A DNA stretch of 64,000 bases from Curvularia clavata. Taxonomy: Eukaryota. The notes under the pieces were generated by a model. It searched no databases and had not been told where the DNA came from. It was given only the letters and a program-made list of their open reading frames with translations. Shown in pieces: positions 1 through 12,420 of this stretch; position 1 is the stretch's first letter; every line of letters starts with the position of its first letter. Both the position numbers and the translations under genes were made by a program. Where the stretch lies: the NCBI GenBank assembly GCA_023920165.1, contig CP089274.1, positions 4,402,001 to 4,466,000 on the forward strand, written 5' to 3'.

Positions 1-44
1 GTTTATGTGGATGAGACGTGCTAATGAATTCTTGCTTGGTACAG

Positions 45-1428
45 TGGCAGTGGGCGCTGAGGAGCCGCTGGCAGAGCATATGATGGTGGCGGATTTCTTT
101 CGTAAGTTTTCAAGTATCAATGTGGAAGCGTGGAAAAGAAAAGCTAATGAGAATTCGGTAGATGGAATTGATGGGCTGGGAGGAATACATCATAGTGTGA
201 GTTATTTTATTTCCAACTCTTCTTCAATTATTCGAATACTAACATATATCTAGCACCCCCATCTCTCACCCGAAGAGACATGGAAGACGCTTTTCAAGCC
301 TACACCAAAAAACCTTTCGCTAGAGGCAGCAGCAGAGCTACAAAAAGTCAAGGATCAGCACTGCCTGTTTACGCCATCGCTGAAACCAGCACCTGAGGTT
401 ATGCTGGACTTGCTGAGAGAGAACGAGCCAGATACGATTACCATCGTGGCCGTGGGACCATTGACCAACCTTGCTATTGCTGCGGCACAGGACCCAGAGA
501 CGTTTCTCAGAGTCAAAGAAGTGGTCGTCATGGGCGGCGCGATTGATGCACCTGGCAACGTAAGACACCCCCTTTCTTTCTTCTCCACGTCTCCTTCGCC
601 CTTCACCACTCCATGTAATGGCTCTGAAGCTCTTTGTAGCGCCCGCCACCCCCTCTACATCTCATCTATTCTCCCACCACACTATCCATTCCCGTCCCTC
701 CATTCAACCTGATCAAACAACCAAACACACCCTTGCGCCTCTCACTAAACCTCCGAAACCAGATGACTCCCGGCGCCGAATTCAACACTTACGCCGACTC
801 CGTCGCCAGCGCACGAGTCTTCGCCCTAACATCGCAAAATCCGCACTTGACCATGCCACCCACTCTCTCCAACAGCCAAAAACAAGCTAAACTCTCGCCC
901 TACCCCGCCAAACTCAGCAAGCGACTAACCCTCAAGCTCTTCCCCTTGGATACCACAGAGCAGCATCTCCTCCCCAAGTCCATGTACGAAGACTACATTT
1001 CGCGGACTGGTATCAAGGGCAGCCCCCTCGCCGAATGGACGCACCTCTTCCTCTCCTCGACCTTTGCCAAGAACGCCTCGCTGAATCCTAAGCACCAGGA
1101 TGCGGACAAGCAGGGGCTCCAGCTGCACGATCCCCTCACGATTTGGTATGCGCTTTCGGCGTCCAACGCGGCGTGGAAGTTCAAGGAAGAAGACGTTAGA
1201 GTGGAGACGAGCGGGCAGTGGACTAGGGGCTGTACGATTGTGGATCGCAGAGGCAGACCGGTGACGGAAGGTGAAGGGGATTTGAGTGAAGAGGTAGTCG
1301 GGGACGCAGGAGGCTGGAAGGACTCTAGGAGGGGAAATAGGGTTCAATGGTGTACGAAGAGTCCCGGGGAAGCCAAATTTGCAAGAGTGATGCTGCATCG
1401 GGTTTGGGGGGATGGAGAGCAGTGGTAA
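45..1428 (+). CDS. Inosine/uridine-preferring nucleoside hydrolase (5' end outside window)
   Basis: Exons about 45-101, 162-196, 254-559, 763-1428 with GT..AG introns. Motifs FHGIDGLGG, ITIVAVGPLTNLA, VVVMGGA..PGN, AEFN.YAD and LHDPL are typical of the IU-NH family. Confidence 0.9.
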
Positions 1429-2112
1429 GAAGTGTTGCATGCATCATGTTGTTTTGCACGAGTATGTAGAGATTGGGGCCAATTTCGGTATTCTTTCTGA
1501 CAGCAATCAATGGGGGGCGGAATTAAACATACTATCTACTTCACGTTCTTCATCGTCTCCTCTTGCCAGGCCGGAGCCAAAACATCACCACATATCCCAA
1601 CTCTTTTTCCTTCCTCAGATGCCCAAACCTCCCCCCCCCCTAAGAAAACCCCCTCCCTCTTTCATCATTCTCGTCACTTACCACCTCGCTCCCCTTCCTT
1701 CCGTCACACGAAAACCCACCACAAGCAACAGCACACACACCCCCCAAGCCACTATCACACAGCATGTCCTGCCCTCCACTCGGAGAATATCCACTCCATT
1801 GGGGCCCACACACGCGCGCCCATGCCCGCTTCCCCAAGGAATGTAACAGTAACCCTCTTACCGCTCTCTGTTTCTCTAGCGGAAGAACGGTGTGTGCTGC
1901 AGTGTACTACAGTGCGGCCATACGTATGCTACGTACGTACGTGCGTGTGTGCGTGCGTGCGTGGCTTGAGTGGTGCTGTGGTACCAACAGCAGTGCTAGG
2001 ACCGGCGTTGATACTAGGAAAAGTAGTGCTAAGCGGAAAGAGTGAACAAAGGGAAAAGAGAGAGAGAGAGACTGCGTCATGGTATGTATGGTAGTACATA
2101 CATGTCATAGCG

Positions 2113-2134
2113 TGAGGTGAGGTGAGGTGAGGTG
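2113..2134. repeat. (GAGGT)n microsatellite within a low-complexity stretch between convergent genes
   Basis: Tandem tgaggtgaggtgaggtgaggtg; (GA)n at about 2057-2071 and (CGTG)n at about 1940-1963 lie nearby. Confidence 0.8.
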
Positions 2135-2962
2135 ACACAAGAGAAGAAGCAAAAAGTGCACAAGTCGGTATGGGAGCCGATTCGTCCCTTTGGGAACCGT
2201 GTTGAAGCATTTATTGTTCTGCCCCCTCCGAAGTAGTTTTGTGGAGAGAGAAAATAGGACTGAATGAGAAAGAATGTGGTTTCGGTTAACCAACACGATA
2301 AAGTTTGCAAATGTAGAATTTCCTTTTCTCTAGTATAGTTGATCGGACATGGTCTTACTTTATCAAAGTCTAGAACAAAAAGTTTATCTCAGCTCATTCC
2401 CTCAGCTGCATAAAAAAATCACTACGCGACCGACCAGCCAAGACAAAAAACTTATCAATTGTAATGCAGTGTACGTGTAAAAGCTTCCATGTCCAATGAT
2501 TCGGCTACGACCCGTCATTCACGTCGTAAGCGGTGTTGGTGAAAACACTCCTTCATCAAGCGAGCAAGAAGAATAACGGATTAGAGCAATGACCCTATAA
2601 GGAGGGTATGCCGGAGAAAAGAAATAGAAACAGGACACGATCGAGCTGAACCGGGTATATCTTGAGATGCCTGCCCCCATAATGCTGTACATTCCACCAG
2701 CTCCGTGCGCGCGGTCGATGCAAGAAAAAAAAAGTAAATGTGCATAGAAAAGGGTGGGAAATATTGGGATTGGGGGATGTAATCATAAACGATAGCAAGC
2801 CATGCTATAGGTAGCATGGCGCAAGAAAGCAACGCCCGCTTCGGAAATGCAACAATCAAAAATCAAGCGTTCAAATTGGTGGCTGTCCAGTGCGGACTAA
2901 GGGCCTTTGTACACTCTAGACGTAACCCCACGACTTTTTTTTTAGACTATTCCAGATGGTCG

Positions 2963-5207
2963 TCATTGCGGAAAGACTCCGGGCTGATGACTTCGCGAAG
3001 CAGTCCACGAAAACATGGCCATGTCGCAAATGCGCGCGAGGACCTGCTGACTAGCAGCACGGCTCTCATGACTGATGAAAGACATGGCAACCAGAAGCTT
3101 GTTCAAGTCACTCTCTGGAGGCTGATTTACGGGCGCTGGTAGAGCATTGGGGAATCCACCAATTCGGCTGCCATAGTGGCGCGCAATGGCAATGGAATAG
3201 ATTGCGTCCCGCACCTCGTGCATGCGCAGCACGCCGCGAATCACAGCAAGAGCGTTGTCGGCAGCTCCGGGAGGCGCAGTGTCCGAGTCCGAGTATTGCA
3301 CGAAATCACCCAAGTGAATCCAGAAATCCACCTGCATCCTCGTTTCGTCGTCAAGGTTGGCAGGGTAGGTGAGCTGGCGCATTGGGTTGGGCTCGAGGTT
3401 CTGGTTGGTCAGAAGCGCTTCAAGAATGTCAAAACGGGCTCGCGCTTCTCGTAATGAGAAATCATCCGTCTCTGGAGCTGAGCCATTGGCTGCCGGTGCA
3501 GGATGTTTGCAAGTGCCGAGCAAGTGCCACAGAAGACGGGCTTCTTGACTAAAGACGCCAGTCATATCAGTGTCAGATGCCTTGTACTTGATAGTTTCAG
3601 TAAAGTAGGCGGCCTCTTCGTGTAGCGATCGGTCACTGAAGACTCGGTTGAGCGCGTTGTTGTCTGTCGAGAACCAGGTGGTTTCGAGGACAAGGTCCAA
3701 TCCTTGGCAGTAGTCGTTGATGAAGATGCGACTGAACTCATCGTCAATCTCACGTGGCACCGGCGAGGTGCGAGCGGGGACCTCTGGCGGGCTGTGGTTA
3801 CATATTCCGAAGATGTCGGTAATGTGCAGTCGCTTGCCTAAGGGATATGTTAGTGCGTCTATGTACAGAAGAGCATGAGTTTTGACCAACCTTTGATCGG
3901 CTCTGGTGGAGGCGGGTAGGCATTGGGGCCAGGAGGACCTCTCATAGCAGGATCCATGGGGTGGGTACCGTTGTAGTGCTGGCTCGACTGCAGCGCTGGA
4001 TCTGCCTGGGCAAGTGCCGGGTCTATGGCGTGGAAGCTGGCAGGCTGATGTTCACCGCTCGTAGCAGGCGCAGCGCTTGCGTAGCCAGCAGAAGAAGCCG
4101 GGGCGTAGCCTTGAGGCACGGGGCTCTGGCTGTATGCTGAAGCCGGCGGAGCGGGCGGGGGAGGTGCGTTTGCTGCCTGTGAGGCGGGCGCAGCGTTGGG
4201 AGCTGGTTGTATCTGAGCTGGGCCAGACTGTTGCTTGAAGATGGGATCGTAGCCGAGACACTCGCGCTTGCTCTTCTGGCAGTTCCTACAGACTGGATGG
4301 GCTTCGTCGCACTGTTGGAGTCTTGATTAGCACATGTACGGGTCAATGTGGTTTGATGTTGCGAGGTGGTGGGCTGCAGAGAGAGAAAAAAATTGTCGCA
4401 ATAGGCGCAAAGCTGTTTTCTCTCTCCGCGACGACACACAAGCTGCAGCAGTCGCACGGTGCAGGCCTAATTTTTTGTTCGCAATGTGTTGCAGTAATAG
4501 CAAAATGGCGGTCGCTATGCGACGCGCGAGGTCGGGAATAGAGGAGTTTGGGTTTCTCGCTCGGTTAAGCAAGCGACAAGGCAATAGCTCCTCTTCTGAC
4601 CTCGCGTCGCGTCGACTATCGCGTATCATTGACGTCTGTTGTCACTCACCTTGATTCTTCGTTTGCGGCAGGTCAGACAACCCGTCTTTGTGCGACGCTT
4701 GATTTCTTTCTTGTGGCGACCGCCAGAGAGGACTCGCTGGTCGCCCTGTGGCGGCAGCTGGTATCGCATGGCATTGAATTGCGGGCCCATGTTTGCCATC
4801 ATGGGCTGGCCCGGTTGCGCATGTGCTGGGTGCGGATAGTACTGCGGCATACCGTGCTGGGGCGGAGGCAGCGGCGAGCCCATGGGCTGCTGTGCTGGCT
4901 GGGGTTGGGGCTGCGGTTGCTGGCCGTCTTGCAGACGGATTGGCGGCAGGTTGAGCGGCGGCAGCGACATGTTGGAGCCCTGAGGCGAGCCGCGGTAGGC
5001 GTCGTTGGTCTGCTGTCCTTGGGGCGGGGGATAGGTGTAGGTGGGCTGCATCGAGGGCGACGGGTAGGAGTGCGGTGAGGGATAGGCGACCGTCTGTTGT
5101 CGCGACTGCTGCTGCACGTTGGGATCGGCCATGCTTTGGTGCGAAAAGTGCGATGACGCGGGCGAGTATGGCGCAGAATGGACTTGGTTGGAAAAGTCGT
5201 GCGACAT
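2963..5207 (-). CDS. Zn(II)2Cys6 fungal transcription factor with P/Q-rich N-terminus
   Basis: Exons 5207-4650, 4311-3891, 3837-2963. Spliced zinc cluster RRTKTGCLTCRKRRIK|CDEAHPVCRNCQKSKRECLGYDP. The start could instead be the ATG at 5132. Confidence 0.9.
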
Positions 5208-8200
5208 TAGCTAGCAGCAAGTGAACAAGGCCGCCGGGGCGCAACAGACTGAAGGACAGTTGCACGCAAGCAAGCAAGTACACGTCGGTCTGGCGGGTGA
5301 GTTTGAGGGCACGGCGGCGCTAGAAAGCTTGAGGCAAACGCAAGATGGAAGAGAGGGACTGGGACGGCAAGCCTGGCAAGGAACTGGGATTAGCTGAGTT
5401 GGCGAGGGCGTTTTTGACCCGCTGGCAGGGGCCTGGCCGCTCGGTTCGAGAGCGGCGGGCTGGCGCAGTGGACGACTGGCTTGGGCACGACGAGTGCGGC
5501 ATAGATTAACGCGTTGGCGAGTGACTGTGCAGGCGTGCAGCGCAGCGCGGGCAGGGCTAGGGTGTTGACTAGGCGTCTCTCGGGCAAAGCAGCGCCGCAG
5601 TGCTCTGGTCCTCGGAGGCCGCACAGCGCAGGCTAACCGGGATTAGAAGGTAACTGAGAGCGGCGCAGGTGGCAGCGGCGTGCCCTGGAGGCGGATGGGC
5701 TGCGACTGGGACTGGGACTGGGACAGAGAATGGGAACGGGGACTCTGGACTTACAAGCGAGAAACTCGCTTGAGCGGAAGGTAGCGAGCAGGGTACGACT
5801 AGTCGTAGCTAACGCCTCGCGAGAGGGCTGGCAATGAATCGGCACTGCAAGGCCAGCAGCAGCAAGCAGGCAAGCACGCAGCTAGTGGGAGGGCGAGTTG
5901 GCGGGCGAGTGAAAGGCGCGCCAATGGCCGGGAAATAAAGCTGAGTGGGCAAATGAGAAGCCGGTGGAGCAGTGCAGCCTCGACACCGCTCTGCAAAAAA
6001 TAAAAACACAGGCGGCGGTGCGCTAGCCTCCTTGGGGGTGGTCACGTGGCGGCTCCCGGTGCAGCCTGTCCCACGGCAGCCGCCCGCGGTGCCGCCGCAG
6101 ACGTGACGGGTGGGTGGTCTGGTGTTGGCCAGTTTGATTGAGCCTGATTGCCTTTGTGTCTTTGCCTGCCTGATTGTCTGCATTTGGCGTTACGGCTGCC
6201 TGGATCGCGGCGCGGCCGAAGCGAGAGAGCGAGGGAGCGAGCGGGCGGCATATCTTCTCGAACGCCTGTCCCCCCCTGCCACTGCTACAGTCGCTTCCAG
6301 CTTCCGGCCCGCCTCGTCTAGGCAGGCCGACGACATGTGCAGCACCGTGGCTTGCTCTGCGCATGACGGCCCCCGGCCTATATTTGTGTACAAGACAGTG
6401 CAACACAAGAACGCAATAACGACCGCCAGCCACGAGCACACACACACACTCACACCTCCAAGACATGACGTAGCGGCGGTGCGCTGGCTGTGGCTCTGGC
6501 TGGTTTTCCCTGCCGTCGGAACAGGTGCGCTGCATGTCCGGGCCGCCTTCCCTTCTCAGTGGCGCTCCGTCACTCGCTCCTGCCCTGCCCTGCCCTGCCC
6601 TTGCCTGCAACGAGGAAAAGAGGGTGCTGACTGTGGCCGACCAATTCCAATTTCCCTCGACATTTACCCGCAGCACCCACACCCTACTGCCATGTACCTA
6701 CATCCTAATCTCATTCTGCCCACCGGAAATCCACCATTGCTCCCTCCCTGCGGCCCATCCGCGGATAAATCGCTGTTCTGCTCCATTGGGGGCCGAGTTT
6801 GTGGCCTAACGCCAGAAGGGGGGTGTGACCAACCTGTAGCTGCTGCATCGACCAGCAACCTGTTGTCCTGCCACCTACACGTGTCAAAAAATCTACTGGA
6901 TGCGCTGCTGCCCCCCCAGCACCCTCCAACCCACTGCCTTTTGCTCTCTGTTGCACAGCCAGATGCTGCACTGCATTGCCACTGCACTCGTCCTGTTACA
7001 CACCACCGAGACCCTGCCTGGGCCTTAGGGCTGACAATGCGTGCACGCAAACGGCTACCCTAAATTGTGTGAACCCCGGTGCGACCAGGAAGACAACAAA
7101 ACTGGTTGCAGCCGTAACCCTCCCCCCTCGCCCCCTCCGCTTTTCCCGAAGGAAGCCGTAAAAAGCGCATACATTGATTAGGCCGTCGTCATCGTCATCA
7201 TGGTGGCAGTTTGCAATCAAAAACGCAAACCGCCAGGCAATGGAGACAAGTCAGTGCAACTACTGACCTCGATCTCGTCTATCGCACTATAGCCAAAGCG
7301 AGGCCAGGGATACCCCTAGCAACCGATGCAAAAGCATCGAACGTTTCTCGAACAAAGTTGTGCGCCAACCGAGCCCGACCTTTGCGCATCATCCTTCCGC
7401 CCCGCGCGCGCTTGTCCGCCGCCCATGAACCGCCGACGAACGACTCAGCTCCCAAGCTCTTGCTCGGCACCAAGCAGGTGGTTCTTCTCGCTTTCCGTCG
7501 TCGCAAACCACACTAACTCGCACTGCATCGACTCATGCATACTGACATAGACAGCATATGCGCGCTACATTAGCCGCTCCGGTTTTAGCACACGTCGGAA
7601 TTGAATCGCCAGTGTCTGCTAAATGTGGACATGAATACGAATACATGGAATTCTGACATGTTCCTTGTCTAATGAGCACATTCCTCTATGTAGACTAATA
7701 CGACATTTTCAGCCACACAGTCCGCGGCCGTGTCTTATCATCTCTTCGCTCCATACGGAACCAAGCTTGCTGGACTTTATCAACCAAGGATAACACCCTG
7801 CTCCTGACACACTCCTGCTCAACTCCAATTCCTGACGCACGCACGCACATAGCCCTCGGTCTATACATTCTCACTAGGTAGATCTTGTTGGTTATTGCTC
7901 AAGCCTCCGTGGTTGTTATACAGAGTGTGATCCGTCATCCCAGACACACTGACACACTCGACCCATGACGCCACTCTGCGAGGTGTAAAAGAACCAATGC
8001 CACTCATTCTTCCAAAGAAACCACGAGTTTCCCAGAAAGAAAAAAAAGATAACACGTTCCAGCGACCACGGGTTCTGGCATGCCCATCTCTCTCTTCCTC
8101 GCTCTCTCTCTATCTCGATAATCATTATACCGAAAAGGCTCACCAAACGTGAAAATAAAATACAACCCTATTACCTTACCGTACCATGGTCGTCGCTAAA

Positions 8201-8245
8201 GGCAAGTTTTCCCTAGCCCACAAACGCCTAGACATCTCACACACA

Positions 8246-10141
8246 TCACCGTTGCGGCCGATATTGTGGTACTTCGTGCGTTGGTCGTTCATGGTAGAAA
8301 AGGTTTTCCGACCACGGCGGCAGCTTCTTGTCGCGTTCGTACAGGTAGCCGCAGTTGTTGCACAGGCTGCGGGGTCCCTTTGGTCCGTCGCGAACAGCCC
8401 AGACAGCCGTGCCCCAGACCCAGCAGTGTGAGCATCGCCATGTTTGCCTCTCCCTGTAGCCACAACTCGTCAGTCACATGCGTCTTCTTCTCGTTCACAA
8501 AGAAAATACGTACCCTTCTTGCAGCCCGCCGTCCTGCCCACCGTAGCCCCCTGCTCCAGGTGTGCTGCGCCCGACGGGGCTCAAACTCCTAAACCTCCGC
8601 TTCTTCTTGCTGCGCTCGCCACGACCCATGTTTTCTTGTCCCTCAATGTTGTTGAAGAACTCGTTGGCTGGGGTCCCCGTCATGTTGGACGTTGATGAGA
8701 AGCGTGCCGTTTCTCGCCGTAACCTGCGGATCTGCCTTTCGCGGTCTCCTTCCCGCTTCTCAATCTCCTCGGGCGACAGAATTTCAACCTTGGGCTCCCA
8801 CTCGTCGCAAAGGTGCTCTTGGTCGTATCGCCATCCCGCACCGATGCTCGGCTCCACGGCGTCGTTGTCAATCTCGCCATCGCCTACTAGTCCCCCGTTC
8901 TCACAAGCCTCCTTTTTAAGCCGCAGAACCGCTTCGTAGATGCTGTGTGTCATGGCATTTACCCATTCTCCCGACAGTCCTAGATCGGCGCATGTCGTCT
9001 TGGCAAACATTTCTGCAAAACCAGGTGGGTGCAGCAGTGACCACTCAAACTTGTCCGTGTATAGTCGGTTCATAAGGTTAATGTTTAGCGTAACAATACA
9101 TCGATACGTGTCGTCTGGGTTGTGAAGTTCCTCTGAAGGCAGCGCAGTGGCTTTCGCACTGATGCCGTTCGGTATCGCTGCTGGTGTCTGTGCGCCCTCT
9201 GCTTGAGATGCGCCATTTGTCCTAGGAGTCGAGGTGCCGTTCGTTGCTGGAACCATAGGAGTAGAGGTGCCTTCGCGAGATGATGCCAATAGTCCCGGTT
9301 TGGCGCTTGTTCCTTGTACGGCAGGCGAATTTGTCGAATGGAACAGAGGATGAAGCGCAACACCAGCATACTCTTCCAGTTGTTGCCGGATCTGGTTTGC
9401 AATCTGCGAAATGATATACGGTTTCCGGTCATTGGGAAGATCCAGCTCATCCACAAACTGCTTTGCGAATTGATCGGGTGTTGTCAGGGCCTCGTGCAGG
9501 TTCCACAGAAACGAGTCCTTGAGTCGGTACGCAGGAGTGACGTCGGGCTGCTTGTACGCGGGCAGATTCTCGTTGATACCGAACTCGCGGGCGTTGGAAG
9601 GTGTGGGGAGAGGCGCATCAGGGCGGAAAGCCTGAATGTCCATGTCTATGCGGATGGGAATTAATGTCACTGGCAACACAGACTGTGTCTGCACTTGCTT
9701 CTCTGTCCTGCAACTTGTCAGTCTTCTACCAAATCTCTGTGTTACCCATGACTGAGCCCAGCCTGATGCGACTCACAATGTGCGCTTTGGTCTCCCCATC
9801 CAGTCTCGCCATATCCCTTGCAGTTCGACTGGCGCCGTGAGTTCCTCTCCCAAAGCCGCGATTTGCGCAGAGTGGTCGGCATTCAGCGGGTCTGCCTTTT
9901 GCACACTGCGGAGACCCGTTGCTCTTCGCGGGCGGTCGCTATCTTCAAAGTCGTCGTCATCGTAGGCATCCTCAGCGTAACTCAGGACGGCAGTTCCACG
10001 TTTCGTCACGCGCGGCGTAGGGAGCGTATTCGAGGGTGGGACAATGGGCGATATGAGCGAGTTTCCATGGCTGCGCAGGCGTGGCGCATAACTTGACATG
10101 AAGGCCTGGGGCGGCGCCGTCTTTCCCGTACTCGTGAACAT
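8246..10141 (-). CDS. SFH1: RSC chromatin-remodelling subunit Sfh1 (SNF5 family) with C-terminal GATA-like zinc finger
   Basis: Exons 10141-9777, 9707-8514, 8453-8246. SNF5 repeats (LKDSFLWNL..TPDQFA; YTDKFEWSL..FAKTTCADLGLSGEW; REGDRERQIRRLRRE). The last exon encodes CSHC-x18-CNNC. Confidence 0.9.
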
Positions 10142-11178
10142 GGCTGGCGGTGGATACGCGCGAGGGGGTCGTGTATAGGCAATGTGAAGCTCAGCAGAGC
10201 TCGCGAACACCGGACGCGTCGCAACTTTTGGAGCGGGTACAATCTGCGCACGAAGCAGCGCAAGATATCTCGGTTTGATTTTGAAGCACGACCCTCATCC
10301 GCTATGCGAGATTGTGCAAATCCGTTCGAATTGTGAATCCTCTTGCGCGTTCCTGGCAGGCGTTGAGATGCTTTCGCGATTGCGCTGCACCTAGCTTCGC
10401 CAAGACACACTAGTCTGTATTGAAGTTAGTGCCTGCTCCCTTTCACCTCGCTTTACAACGACGTTCTGTGCTTTTGTCCTTGGGGGCAGATGAATTGTTG
10501 ATATGCTCATACTCTCGCTCAGTGCGCTCGGTGTAGTGACCTTGAACCAAATTCCTGTATCAACTCCTAGCTCACAACACTCCTCTTTGAAACATACCTG
10601 AACCAAGAAATGGTAGGATACCCTGAGACTCGCTCGATGTCATTTTACTACACAAGTGACGAGTCCCGAGATGGAGTGCCAAAGAGCTCTGACTGTCTTC
10701 TTCATTGTTTCTTTCACACTTTGTCTTACTCTCCATTTCCAGCTCCTTAACGATGTCGTGCATATTCCACCATTTCTTAGACATTTTCTTACCATGAGAG
10801 GTTTCAAACAACTAGACAGCACAGAGGCCGGCTGGTTTCTCTGGTGCCTAGATAAAAAGGTAGACATTTACTACGTCCCCACATTTCGAATTCATTGGCT
10901 GCGAACTGCCAAGTCAGTCCATTCACTTTCACCTTCACAACAAACGACCCTGGCTGGTCTCATTGTGAAGCTATTGTGTGGTCACATAATGCAACGACTA
11001 TTGTATAGTGACTCCACAACCTCCTCTCCACCCTCCACCTCAGTCACTACTTAAGAATTCTTTCTTTCTTTCTACTTTTAAGCAGATTTAACAAACCAAA
11101 TCATCACAACTGTTTATCAAACATCTTCAAAAAACCCATTTCATCAACTCGAATTTCCAGCCGGCCTAGGAATCCAAC

Positions 11179-12420
11179 ATGTTTACCAAGATAACCGTTC
11201 TCTTCGCCGTCATTTCGGCTATGGCACCTCTCTCCGCCCACGCGCATATGATCATGGCCAACCCCGTCCCCTTCAACTCGCCCAACAACTCTCCCCTCGC
11301 CCCCGACGGTTCCGACTTCCCCTGCAAGGGCCCGCCTAGCGGCTCTGCCCAAGTCAATCAGTGGAAGGCCGGCTCGCAGCAGTCTCTCTCCTTCACCGGC
11401 TCTGCCGTACACGGCGGCGGCAGCTGTCAGATTAGCGTTACGAGCGACAAGAACCCTACCAAGGACTCCAAGTGGAAAGTCATTCACAGCATCGAGGGCG
11501 GGTGTCCCGCCGCCGTAGAGGGCAACTTGAACGAGAACGGCCCTGGCGCCCAAGGCACATTCCCATTCACTGTGCCCCAGGATCTTCCCAACGGCGACTT
11601 GACCGTAGCCTGGACTTGGTTCAACAAGGTTGGCAACCGCGAGATGTACATGAACTGTGGCGCTGTCACTCTCACTGGCGGTAAGGACGATGCGTCTGGG
11701 CTGGATGCCCTGCCTGACATGGCGGTTGCGAATATCAATGTTCCGGGCTCGTGTGGTACGACGAAGGAGGCTAATGATTATACCTTTGAAAAGGCTGGAA
11801 CTGCGGTTACAAAGGCGGGTAAGGGTCCGTTTGTCGATTTGTGCTCTGGGTCGGCGTCTCAGCCTGGAGCTGGCGGTGGCTCTGCGGGTGGTAACCCTGG
11901 CGCCGGCTCTGGCTCTGGCTCTGGTGCTGGTACTGGTGCTGGTGCTGGTGCTGGTGCTGGTGCTGGTGCTGGTGGACCTGGTGCTGGTAACGGTGCTCCC
12001 GTATCTCAACCTCCAGCAGCCGCTCCTGCTCCCGCTGGACCATCAACCCTCCGCACCATCATCACCGTTACCGCGCCCCTGCCGCCCTACCCTACCAATA
12101 ACGCCAGCGCTGCCCCAGCCCCATCTGGCACCGGCGCTGGTAATGCACCCGCTCCTAAGCCCACCGCTGCTCAGCCTACCGCTGCCCCCATATCTCCCCA
12201 GCCACCGGCTGCTCCTGCTCCCGCCCCTGGCCCAGCAGCCGGTGGATCCTCTTGTTCCTCCGACGGCCAGATCATCTGCTCGCCCGATGGCACACAGTTC
12301 GGCATCTGCAACTTTGGCAAGGCGATCATGCAGCCTGTGGCTAGTGGCACTAAGTGTATGAACGGCGCTATTGCGAAGCGTGAAGAGTACTCTCATCGTA
12401 ACCAGCGCACTGCTATCTAG
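11179..12420 (+). CDS. AA11 lytic polysaccharide monooxygenase (chitin-type) with G/A/P-rich linker and C-terminal Cys-rich X278-like module
   Basis: Signal peptide followed by N-terminal His (AHA|HMIM), SPL..DGSDFPCK, AVHGGGSCQ, WTWFNKVGNREMYMNC; C-terminal CSSDGQIICSPDG.QFGIC..VASGTKC. Confidence 0.92.
   Translation: MFTKITVLFAVISAMAPLSAHAHMIMANPVPFNSPNNSPLAPDGSDFPCKGPPSGSAQVNQWKAGSQQSLSFTGSAVHGGGSCQISVTSDKNPTKDSKWKVIHSIEGGCPAAVEGNLNENGPGAQGTFPFTVPQDLPNGDLTVAWTWFNKVGNREMYMNCGAVTLTGGKDDASGLDALPDMAVANINVPGSCGTTKEANDYTFEKAGTAVTKAGKGPFVDLCSGSASQPGAGGGSAGGNPGAGSGSGSGAGTGAGAGAGAGAGAGGPGAGNGAPVSQPPAAAPAPAGPSTLRTIITVTAPLPPYPTNNASAAPAPSGTGAGNAPAPKPTAAQPTAAPISPQPPAAPAPAPGPAAGGSSCSSDGQIICSPDGTQFGICNFGKAIMQPVASGTKCMNGAIAKREEYSHRNQRTAI
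11905..11990 (+). repeat. (GGTGCT/GGCTCT)n hexamer repeat encoding a Gly-Ala/Gly-Ser linker
   Basis: Tandem ggctct and ggtgct units are directly visible inside the AA11 CDS. Confidence 0.85.

Noticed and set aside
1412..2310. ORFs between the hydrolase and TF 3' ends
   Set aside because: Built from microsatellite and low-complexity UTR sequence, with no domain features.
6023..7063. Long ORFs of 219 aa (-) and 317 aa (+) in the TF upstream region
   Set aside because: Non-ATG starts, low-complexity composition and no recognisable motif; expected by chance in GC-rich DNA.
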